NCBI GenBank assembly: GCA_044352485.1
Contig: JBILDT010000001.1
Span: 1-41,527, forward strand
Direction: 5' to 3'
DNA length: 41,527 nucleotides
Source of the DNA: Candidatus Nanopelagicaceae bacterium
GTDB lineage: Bacteria; Actinomycetota; Actinomycetes; Nanopelagicales; Nanopelagicaceae
The notes beneath the pieces were generated by a model that was not told where the DNA came from, searched no databases, and saw only the letters and a program-made list of their open reading frames with translations. A program made the translations under genes and the position numbers. Positions 21,253-29,257 of the stretch are shown here, in pieces; within the stretch, counting starts at the first letter, position 1; each line of letters starts with the position of its first letter.

Positions 21253-22015
21253 TGTGAGTTCGCGCCCTTGCGAATCTCATTAATCCACTAGAAATATTTG
21301 AAAGGCCTGAATTTTGCATCCGAAGTCCAAAGAAGAGAACAATGGTATTTGATGGGCTAATTTCTCCAGTGAAACTGAGTGCAATCAAGGCACCAAAAAG
21401 AATCAACATTGCTAAACCGGAGATCAAAATTCCAGTTTCACCTGAGCGAATTCGAGTTCTGATCTTTATTGCACTTGAGATGTGCTCTTTGCGTTCTTTC
21501 GCCTTCACGAAGCTGCGTTGTGACTTAACTTGTTTTCCGTAAATTCTTCCTAGAACTTGCAGCACTATTGCAACAACAGCAATATTTAGTAGCCCAAATT
21601 TCCAATTCAAAAAGGTGAAGAAAACAATAACTACACCCATCTGAGTGAAGATGCTCAGCAAAGTAGTTAACTCGAAAGCTTGTGCCCAACGCCAGTTCTC
21701 TTTATTTCGTTGGATTTTTTTCTCTGATGCGCTAAAAGCTTTTTCAAAGACATTTATCCGATAAATCCGCTGAAAATAGTGGCCTGCTCTTGTTCCACCA
21801 AAAAATATAAAGAATCCGAGAACATACAAAATTATTTCAGTTGTTGATAACTCGCCTTCATGCAAAATTATTTGGGTAAACAACTTAGCTACTGCTAACT
21901 CAGAGACAGAAATAAATGCTGCTGTTAGAACAAGAATAATTAAGATTATCCGAAATTTTGCGGTCGGAAATAACTTCAGCAGGGAATCTTTGAAATGCTT
22001 AACCATTGTGCGCAC
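21245..22015 (-). CDS. Membrane protein resembling an ABC-exporter transmembrane domain without an NBD
   Basis: About 6 TM helices with an ABC_membrane-like pattern (FFTFLNWKFGLL..., TGEISPS...SNISSGLMRFARAR); ends before any Walker motif. Confidence 0.6.
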   Translation of the reverse strand: MRTMVKHFKDSLLKLFPTAKFRIILIILVLTAAFISVSELAVAKLFTQIILHEGELSTTEIILYVLGFFIFFGGTRAGHYFQRIYRINVFEKAFSASEKKIQRNKENWRWAQAFELTTLLSIFTQMGVVIVFFTFLNWKFGLLNIAVVAIVLQVLGRIYGKQVKSQRSFVKAKERKEHISSAIKIRTRIRSGETGILISGLAMLILFGALIALSFTGEISPSNTIVLFFGLRMQNSGLSNISSGLMRFARARTHSE

Positions 22016-22018
22016 GGG

Positions 22019-22792
22019 TTAATTATTCCTTAATTTAGCCGAAGATACGATTGCTGCGATATGTCCAATGGTCACAAATAGGGATATCGCAAGCGCGATT
22101 TCCAAAGATTCATTGAAAGTTCCAAAAATCGCTACATACATTGTGAATTCGATTGAATGGAACATCCGCTGTGCTGGAATGAAGTTGAATACCTTGCGAA
22201 TTTTCCGGAGAACTCCTTTGACTGGCAGATTGATCCCAGCTTTATCCTGAATTTTTGGAAGACCTGAAAATGCTCGGGCCACATGGACCGCATCATTAAG
22301 CCCCTTATTTACAATAACTAATATTGCTAAGAGCGCCCCAAGAAATGGAAAGATAGAATTTGTGATTGGCTCGTTTGGCCAATTAGCAAGACGTAATCCA
22401 AAACAAATAGGAATTAAACCCTCAGCCAAATAATGTCCGAGCTTGTCCAGAAAGATACCCATCGGTGATTTTGTTTCGCGCCATCTAGCAACTTCGCCAT
22501 CGCAGCAGTCAATCAACATCTGTAAGTGACTTAGGAATAACGCTAACGCAATGCCAACCCAGCCTTGGATAAGCAGTGTCGGTCCAATCGATGCACCAAC
22601 AATAATCATTAACCAAGTAACGCCATTAGCAGTAATTGGAGTCCTCAAAAAAAGTCGGGTTAGATACGGTGAAATTCTTCGCTGATAAAGATCTGCAACC
22701 CAATGTTCTGATGTAGATCTACCGGTAACCGAAGCCGGTTGTGAAACTTCGCGGATCTGGCTGATGGTTGGTCTACTTGGACGTGTAGTCAT
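22019..22792 (-). CDS. CDP-alcohol phosphotransferase family protein
   Basis: ITANGVT and DCCDGEVAR...GIFLDKLGH (signature with His in place of the last Asp). Confidence 0.88.
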   Translation of the reverse strand: MTTRPSRPTISQIREVSQPASVTGRSTSEHWVADLYQRRISPYLTRLFLRTPITANGVTWLMIIVGASIGPTLLIQGWVGIALALFLSHLQMLIDCCDGEVARWRETKSPMGIFLDKLGHYLAEGLIPICFGLRLANWPNEPITNSIFPFLGALLAILVIVNKGLNDAVHVARAFSGLPKIQDKAGINLPVKGVLRKIRKVFNFIPAQRMFHSIEFTMYVAIFGTFNESLEIALAISLFVTIGHIAAIVSSAKLRNN

Positions 22793-22798
22793 GAATCA

Positions 22799-24421
22799 CT
22801 AAACCTTTTCCTTGCGACTGAGAACCCATTGAGCTGAAGAGATGATAAAGAATAAGGTGCAGAAGTAATAAACCAGAATAGTTAGCGACCAGCCAAACCA
22901 AATCCATAGCGCAATTAAAAACAAGCGGCCAAAGATAAATCCACCTGCGATTGCTAGCCAAGCTGGCTTCTTCTCACCCTGAAGCGCGCGATACATATTG
23001 TCGTAATGGCTGAAAAGAATGGCGAGTAAAAGTAAGAAAGTTACTGATCGATCTAAGTCTGTTGTTACCGCAATTTGAATGAGAATTGCACCCTCAAGAA
23101 GTCGAAGCACAGATGGCATAAGCCAGTCAAAGCGATTGGTCGAGCCCTTGGACTTAATTGAATCAATCTGATCATCAATTAAATCTTTGTCTACGCGTTC
23201 TTTTGGCCAAGTTAAAGTTTTTTTGAATCGACCGCGGAAAACAAGCGCAATAGATATGAGCGAAAGAATAGGCATAACCAAGAAAGTTAATTTGGCACCA
23301 CCAATGACAGAAGTAGCGCCAATAACTAGCCAACGCTCTCCGATCGGGAATTGCACAGCTTTCTTTGCCCAATATTCCAAACGACTCTTCTTTTCACGCT
23401 CTACAGAGATATATCCATCATTCTTTAGATCGAAATTAAGTGGTGCTAAATATGAGCTTCTTATTTTATTGATCCGGGCAAAGTTGTAGTCAGATAAGTG
23501 TCTAAATGTTTGAAACAACATCATTCCCATTGCGGGAATCCAAAGGTCGTGTCCGTTTTTTGCAGCCCCATAAGCAAGTGCAAAAAAAACTAAATACTCT
23601 TTTATTCGATCAGTTATCGCATCTAACCAGGCACCCAATTGTGAAAATTGTCGGGTATACCTGGCAAGTTCACCATCGACACAATCGATAATAATGCTGA
23701 GTTGAAGTAAGACGGCTCCGGTAAAAATTGCCCAGAAACTACCCTTGCTAAATTCATATGCAGATAACAATCCAATTCCGAATGAAATCAAGGTGACTTG
23801 GTTTGGTGTCATCTTTAACCGCACTGCTAGCCAAGTAAATAGCTTAGAAATTTTCCGCAGGAAGAAGACCGAAAAGAAGCCATCATTCGCACGGTTCGCT
23901 AGCTTGAGACGCAAGCGGGCATCATTAAGCGCTGCTATTTGATTTTGTGTTGCGGCGCGTTCGTTAGCATCTTTACTTCTAGTAAAAGGTGCCCCCGAAA
24001 CTTCTGCTGGTGCAACTACAAGAGCAGCGCGAACCAGCGCGACAAGGATTAGATCAATGGCATTTCCCGAATGATTTGTATCTTTTACCTTTGAAAGAAC
24101 TTCAATTATTTCATTCCTCTGGAATTGTGAAAGTCGGATAATTCCAAGGAATGTGTGATTGCCATGTCCGACTTCGTGATAGCCAGAACTAGCACCAGAG
24201 ATTCGCCCCTGGCTTACTCGAGTCTCTCCATTTTTCAACTTTGCCACAAGAGCAGTTGTTACCGTTCTTGGGTAATCGGTCAATAGCTCTAGATGCGGTT
24301 TAGTTACTACGGAATCTACGTCGACAAGAAGCAAATCTTGATTGCTTGATTCAAATGCCTGGAGCACATCTGAAATCTTGGTGACCTGATCAATATCTAA
24401 GGTCCGAAGATTTGCAGCCAT
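22799..24421 (-). CDS. Multidomain CDP-alcohol phosphotransferase (degenerate NTP-transferase-like N-terminus + CDP-AP + DUF5941-like C-terminus)
   Basis: DGFFS...TPNQVT, complete DCVDGELAR...GAWLDAITD motif; C-terminal FDWL.P..LR..E...HYD.MYR...PAWL...GG...GR resembles DUF5941. Confidence 0.85.
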   Translation of the reverse strand: MAANLRTLDIDQVTKISDVLQAFESSNQDLLLVDVDSVVTKPHLELLTDYPRTVTTALVAKLKNGETRVSQGRISGASSGYHEVGHGNHTFLGIIRLSQFQRNEIIEVLSKVKDTNHSGNAIDLILVALVRAALVVAPAEVSGAPFTRSKDANERAATQNQIAALNDARLRLKLANRANDGFFSVFFLRKISKLFTWLAVRLKMTPNQVTLISFGIGLLSAYEFSKGSFWAIFTGAVLLQLSIIIDCVDGELARYTRQFSQLGAWLDAITDRIKEYLVFFALAYGAAKNGHDLWIPAMGMMLFQTFRHLSDYNFARINKIRSSYLAPLNFDLKNDGYISVEREKKSRLEYWAKKAVQFPIGERWLVIGATSVIGGAKLTFLVMPILSLISIALVFRGRFKKTLTWPKERVDKDLIDDQIDSIKSKGSTNRFDWLMPSVLRLLEGAILIQIAVTTDLDRSVTFLLLLAILFSHYDNMYRALQGEKKPAWLAIAGGFIFGRLFLIALWIWFGWSLTILVYYFCTLFFIISSAQWVLSRKEKV

Positions 24422-24483
24422 AAGCGGTAATCTATCGCGTCTGACGGGGAATATTTAGTAAAAGACGGGTTGGAAAGATAGAG

Positions 24484-25179
24484 ATGGCTATTCAAGTTGT
24501 GATTTTGGCAGCAGGCATGGGAACGCGTTTAGGAAAACCTTGGCCAAAGCCGCTTACTGTTTTATCTGATGGCCGCTCGATTATGCAACAACAGATGGAG
24601 AATGTTTCGAAGGTCTTCGGAGATAAAGCTCGAATTACAGTTGTTGTTGGATTTAAACTTGAAATGATTATTGAAGCGCATCCAGATGCAAGTTTCGTAT
24701 ATAACGAAGTTTATGATCAAACAAATACATCAAAGAGTTTGCTCAAAGCTCTGCGTGCTAGCCAAGAATCTGGTGTCCTATGGTTAAACGGAGATGTTGT
24801 ATTTGATTCAAAGGTTTTTGAACGTGTGGCAGACCGAATAAAAAATGAGAAATCTTTTGTCTGTGTAAATACATCAGCGACGGCTGAAGAGGAAGTTAAA
24901 TACACGGTCAATGAAAAAGGATTTATTAAGGAACTATCAAAGACGGTTAAGAATGCGCTAGGTGAAGCAGTCGGTATTAACTTCATTTCTGCCCACGAGA
25001 AGGCCAATGTAATTACGCAATTAGAAAATTGCGCTGATCAAGATTATTTTGAACGTGGACTTGAACTTGCGATTGAGAAGAATGGCATCGAAATGGAGCC
25101 GGTAGACATCTCAGATTTGTTCGCAGTAGAGGTCGACTTTCAGGCAGATTTAGATCGAGCTAACGAAGGTCTTAAGTAG
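24484..25179 (+). CDS. Nucleotidyltransferase, LicC/IPCT (phosphocholine/inositol-phosphate cytidylyltransferase) family
   Basis: ILAAGMGTRL...PKPL, TNTSKSL, LNGDVVFD, GEAVGI, EVDFQADL. Confidence 0.88.
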   Translation: MAIQVVILAAGMGTRLGKPWPKPLTVLSDGRSIMQQQMENVSKVFGDKARITVVVGFKLEMIIEAHPDASFVYNEVYDQTNTSKSLLKALRASQESGVLWLNGDVVFDSKVFERVADRIKNEKSFVCVNTSATAEEEVKYTVNEKGFIKELSKTVKNALGEAVGINFISAHEKANVITQLENCADQDYFERGLELAIEKNGIEMEPVDISDLFAVEVDFQADLDRANEGLK

Positions 25180-27021
25180 TTAATTCGCTACTTTAGAAAT
25201 TCCGGCTTTAATTGCAGCTTCTACCTCAGATATTTTGCGTTCTGAAACTTTAATTTCATGGGTAAGCCTCTTGATTTCGGTTTCATCAATCTTGGGATTG
25301 ATTGAGACCGGATTCAACTCAGCTACTCCAGCACCAAGTGCATAGTCCGAATATTTAATTCCATCACCATGAACATAATCTTCAAATCCATCGAACACCA
25401 CTAGTGCGCAAGGAATTCCGTAGCTTTGGCAGGTAATCATTACGTGCATCGCACTTGTGACAACGCTGTCGTATTCATGAAGCTTTTCAATAAAGGCAAC
25501 TACATCATTGGGATGCGAAATTTGAACTGAGAGTTCATCGTAGTTTTCAGCCAACTTAACAGGTGCTTGCAGGTGAGTGTGGTGGCGAATAAGTGCGATT
25601 CGACCATTGGTTTCGCTGCGAGTGAAAGGCAAAATTCGAGATAAAACAATGGCTGGATCACCAAAACTTTCAACCTTAGGTCCACCTGATTGTAAAAGCA
25701 GTTCAGCAGTATGTGGGCCACGAACCGATATGTAATCAGCCTTTGGGTTTAAGGCATGTTTGAAAGAACTTACGCCAGTGCCAACAACGACGGAGTTACT
25801 CTTAATGAATCGGCCAACTGACCCAAGGCTTACTAAATGCTTCCTGCGTGCTTGCGTCGTAAGGCTTTGGAAAATTATTTTAGAATCGGTGTAATGATTA
25901 AAGATGAATGGCGTTAGCCAATCGCCATAATTTCCAGGATAAGGATTTTCCCACCATGAAATTATTGTCTTCTTCTTGCTTGGCTTCGTTGAGTAGGCCA
26001 AGAAACTTGAGGCAACCTTAATTGCAGCAGTTTCATAGCGGTTGGGAAGAGTCTTGCGTTTGAAAATTTCAAGTGTTTCATTGAACTTCTTAAGGTTTCC
26101 GGCTTTTCCAGCTTTTACAAGTTCATGCACATTCTGGTTCGCTAAATTGTTATGCTTCTTTCCAGTTAGAAATCCGGTGATGCCCGAAGCGTCGACAATC
26201 ATTCGAGCTTTTGCTGAGATGTTTTCAGGTAGTTTTTCTTCAATCAACTTGGCAAGATTCAGTAGATCTCGTTTTGGATTGAATTTTTTCTTTGCTTTGC
26301 TGCCCTTGTGTTGCGCTACTTTGTCTTTGAAATTTTCAACTTGTCCGCTAGAACCAAATCTGAAGAATACCTCGTGACTTTCTAGGGTCCCTGCTCCCTT
26401 ATCTACTGCACAATTTGAGGGAATTATTTGAAACGTCATATTTGAAGAAGTTGCACGCCAGGCTTCTTCAAAGAAGAAGTCGTCTGTGGCTCGTACTGTT
26501 GCAACTGCTTCGAAATCTGCCGCCGCTTGAACCATTTTTCGAGCTTGTGGTGTGTTGTTAATTCCCCAGAAACATGGCTCCCAAAAGCGTCCACGATTTT
26601 CATAACCAATTTTATTTGGATTGCTAAATCCGCGCTGAAATCCAATAATGTCCGCTGTTGAGTTAAGAATAAAGTCCGGTAGCCTAAATAATTCGCAATC
26701 AACATCAATCCAGAAAACTTTTTTGTCAGGATTTGCTGCACACACTTCGGCTATGAATCCAACTTTCTTACGGCAAATGGCAGCCCAGTCTTCGCCCTCT
26801 TTTTTCGTGATTTCACGGAGGTCAACCGCAACACCAAGATCTTCTAAATTAGCTTTAAGCCTTGCTCCGTGGCTCTTGTAATAATCATCGCTTGTAAAGA
26901 ATGAGCAGACAATCACGTTTGAAATCTTGATAACTGGCTTAGGTTTGGCTACTAACTTGGGCTTAAATTGGCTCTCGAGAGCGGCGAGAATTTCTCCGCC
27001 TTGATAATCCAGGGTGCTCAT
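25180..27021 (-). CDS. Fusion: GT-A-like N-terminal domain + ExoV-like polysaccharide pyruvyltransferase
   Basis: N-terminal W...C..K..FI...VFWIDVD (DxD); C-terminal GNYGDWL, SVRGPHT, GDPA, TSAMH...SYGIP. Confidence 0.75.
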   Translation of the reverse strand: MSTLDYQGGEILAALESQFKPKLVAKPKPVIKISNVIVCSFFTSDDYYKSHGARLKANLEDLGVAVDLREITKKEGEDWAAICRKKVGFIAEVCAANPDKKVFWIDVDCELFRLPDFILNSTADIIGFQRGFSNPNKIGYENRGRFWEPCFWGINNTPQARKMVQAAADFEAVATVRATDDFFFEEAWRATSSNMTFQIIPSNCAVDKGAGTLESHEVFFRFGSSGQVENFKDKVAQHKGSKAKKKFNPKRDLLNLAKLIEEKLPENISAKARMIVDASGITGFLTGKKHNNLANQNVHELVKAGKAGNLKKFNETLEIFKRKTLPNRYETAAIKVASSFLAYSTKPSKKKTIISWWENPYPGNYGDWLTPFIFNHYTDSKIIFQSLTTQARRKHLVSLGSVGRFIKSNSVVVGTGVSSFKHALNPKADYISVRGPHTAELLLQSGGPKVESFGDPAIVLSRILPFTRSETNGRIALIRHHTHLQAPVKLAENYDELSVQISHPNDVVAFIEKLHEYDSVVTSAMHVMITCQSYGIPCALVVFDGFEDYVHGDGIKYSDYALGAGVAELNPVSINPKIDETEIKRLTHEIKVSERKISEVEAAIKAGISKVAN

Positions 27022-27123
27022 AGGGGGAAGTTAGCCCCCGAGTCTTAACTCCGATTTTTCTTTGAGAAAACTGAGAATTTACAGAAGATGAACTTTAGGT
27101 TTCATAACTTCAAAGGAATCTAT

Positions 27124-28221
27124 TTAAAGCTTCTTTCGGATATCTCGCTTAATCATTTTCCAGAGAACTTTTGCTACGTAGCGGGTAGGTAACTTTTCAA
27201 CCACTCGTAGATCCATCGCTACAAGCGCTTTTGCCGCTAAGTCAACTGGAATCATCGCTATCTCTGGATTCTCGCCAATCGGAATCTGGGCACTTTCAAA
27301 TGAATCCAAATCACCTATTATTTTTATTCCCAGAGCCTTGATTTCTTCTACATTCTTCTTTGAAACGTTCTTTGCTATATCGACCGCCCATTGCGGGGTT
27401 AGCAATCTTGTTGCATCAGGCTCTGGAACCACTTTATTTGTTAGGTATTTAATGGATCCATTTCTGATGAAAGTTTCATAGTCATGCCAGCTTCGCTTCT
27501 TCGAGAACTTCTTATTTATTGTGTTTAGTAATGTGATTTCATCAAGAGTAAGCGAACGATTGCTATCTTGATCTAACTGCGGCTTTAAAAATCCTGGCTT
27601 CAGCGAGAGCAAGCTATTGAACTCTTGATACATAAAGTCCGGTTGCTTTTCATCAACCACAATTACGATGACATTCTCTTTCCCAAAGTGCTTGGCCCAT
27701 TTGGCCAATACATCTGCATGCATATGCCGAACCCAGAAAGATGGAGTTATCGTTGAAACTCCGGGTTCATCGAGAATGGAATGTAGCCATTTTTCATAAC
27801 TGCTTTTGATGCCTATTTTCAAATGTTGTTGATAGGCCGATGGAATTATCTTTAACAATGGCCGCAGAGTGAAGTAAATCTTGACATCACTACAAGCTAA
27901 ATCTTTTTTAAATCTTATTATTTGCTCTTCACTAAGTTCGCATAAGAATTCTGAACTTATAAGTGCTGTTGATTTAGCCCGCTTAATCTGCTTAACAAAG
28001 CCCTGCCATTTTTCATCTGTGGCCAACACGCCGCCGCGATCTTCCCAGCCCCAAGTTTTGGCCATAAGTGAGTAGATAGCTTTGTGGTGGGCTTTTCCAC
28101 CCACATCCGGATATGTAATTCCTGACTTGTTTAATTCTGCTCGCGCTGCAAAGAAGCTGGATTGAATCGCCGTCGTCCCAGTTTTATGGAAACCAGCATG
28201 CACAATTATCTTCTTGGCCAT
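27124..28221 (-). CDS. Sulfotransferase-fold (P-loop) protein
   Basis: HAGFHKTGTTAIQ (5'-PSB-like), ISSEFL, LRP......SAYQQ (3'-PB-like), NRSL. Confidence 0.65.
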   Translation of the reverse strand: MAKKIIVHAGFHKTGTTAIQSSFFAARAELNKSGITYPDVGGKAHHKAIYSLMAKTWGWEDRGGVLATDEKWQGFVKQIKRAKSTALISSEFLCELSEEQIIRFKKDLACSDVKIYFTLRPLLKIIPSAYQQHLKIGIKSSYEKWLHSILDEPGVSTITPSFWVRHMHADVLAKWAKHFGKENVIVIVVDEKQPDFMYQEFNSLLSLKPGFLKPQLDQDSNRSLTLDEITLLNTINKKFSKKRSWHDYETFIRNGSIKYLTNKVVPEPDATRLLTPQWAVDIAKNVSKKNVEEIKALGIKIIGDLDSFESAQIPIGENPEIAMIPVDLAAKALVAMDLRVVEKLPTRYVAKVLWKMIKRDIRKKL

Positions 28222-28244
28222 AAGTAAAACCTTACTTGCTGGAT

Positions 28245-28964
28245 TTAACTCAAAGAGGTAAGAACTCGGGATATTTCAGCGAAAATTTCTGATCTAGGGT
28301 CGATTAATTCGAAATGACCTAGATGCTCAAATTCTAAGAAGTGAACATTTGCCCCAGCTTTTTGCGCAACATACTCATGTGAAAAATTAATGGGCACTCT
28401 CAAATCCAATGTCCCATGGATAAGCGTGGTCGGAATAGTTAACACGGGAAGTCTTGTTGGATCTAAATCAGATCTTAGGGCTGCCGGAGCTCCAAGAAAG
28501 TCAGAGACGGCGCCCTCATCTAAATCTAATTCTTCTGCTACAAGTAAATTTGTTAGTGGTGCAAGTGCGATTATGGCTGATGCATTTACTTTATGCGCGG
28601 CGACAAGCGCAAGATGTCCACCAGCAGAATGCCCAATAAGAATCAGATTTGAATATGAATTTGAAACTTCTTCGATAGCGCTAATTACATCACTCATCAT
28701 CGCATCAGGATTACCAATAATTCGACGGTATTCGATGAGTGCAACCGGCCAGCCAATATTTGCTAGTGCTCTAGCTAGCGGGGCCAGATGCTTACGATCA
28801 TATTCTGGACGCCAATATCCGCCATGGATTAAAACAATTAGTGGTTTTTTTTGATCTGACGGAAGATAGAAATCAATTACCTGATCATCAGATTTTCCAA
28901 AGGTGATGGTCTTATCTGGTTTTTCGTAAGGTAATTCAAAGACTGAACGATCTTCTACATCCAT
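28245..28964 (-). CDS. Alpha/beta hydrolase, HSL/kynurenine formamidase-like
   Basis: HGGYW oxyanion loop, EYRR, GHSAGG nucleophile elbow, HG..D..VP, GHF. Confidence 0.85.
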   Translation of the reverse strand: MDVEDRSVFELPYEKPDKTITFGKSDDQVIDFYLPSDQKKPLIVLIHGGYWRPEYDRKHLAPLARALANIGWPVALIEYRRIIGNPDAMMSDVISAIEEVSNSYSNLILIGHSAGGHLALVAAHKVNASAIIALAPLTNLLVAEELDLDEGAVSDFLGAPAALRSDLDPTRLPVLTIPTTLIHGTLDLRVPINFSHEYVAQKAGANVHFLEFEHLGHFELIDPRSEIFAEISRVLTSLS

Positions 28965-28966
28965 TT

Positions 28967-29254
28967 TTAGATGGAGTCCAGAACAGTGATTTGCTCACCA
29001 TTTACATATTCTGAAGCAATTTTCTGCCACGCTGCACTTGCTTCATTAGCCATATGCGCATCCCATAGCGCGCGATTTCTCCAAACTTCCCAGACACAAA
29101 CTTGGTTGGCGCTCTGTGAATTAGTGAAAATCTCTAAGGATTCACAACCATCTTCGGTGCGAATATGCGCCCCATGGATCTTAATCTTTTCAAGAAATTC
29201 TTCATGCCTATCCGGTTTTACATCAATTGCTACAAAGAGATAAACCTTGCTCAT
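28967..29254 (-). CDS. ABM-domain protein (putative quinol monooxygenase/LsrG-like)
   Basis: 95 aa with an R.EDGC...WEVW......AH pattern typical of dimeric alpha/beta barrel ABM proteins. Confidence 0.82.
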   Translation of the reverse strand: MSKVYLFVAIDVKPDRHEEFLEKIKIHGAHIRTEDGCESLEIFTNSQSANQVCVWEVWRNRALWDAHMANEASAAWQKIASEYVNGEQITVLDSI

Positions 29255-29257
29255 TTT

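Noticed and set aside
23582-23589. A8 homopolymer in the CDP-AP gene as a phase-variation tract
   Set aside because: Short, the reading frame is intact, and such runs are expected in AT-rich DNA.
27023-27090. G5/C5 inverted repeat around the -10 and TGAGAA repeats upstream of the pyruvyltransferase fusion (MprA-like box)
   Set aside because: The stem is only 5 bp and the repeat period is 9 bp rather than the 11 bp expected for OmpR-type boxes.
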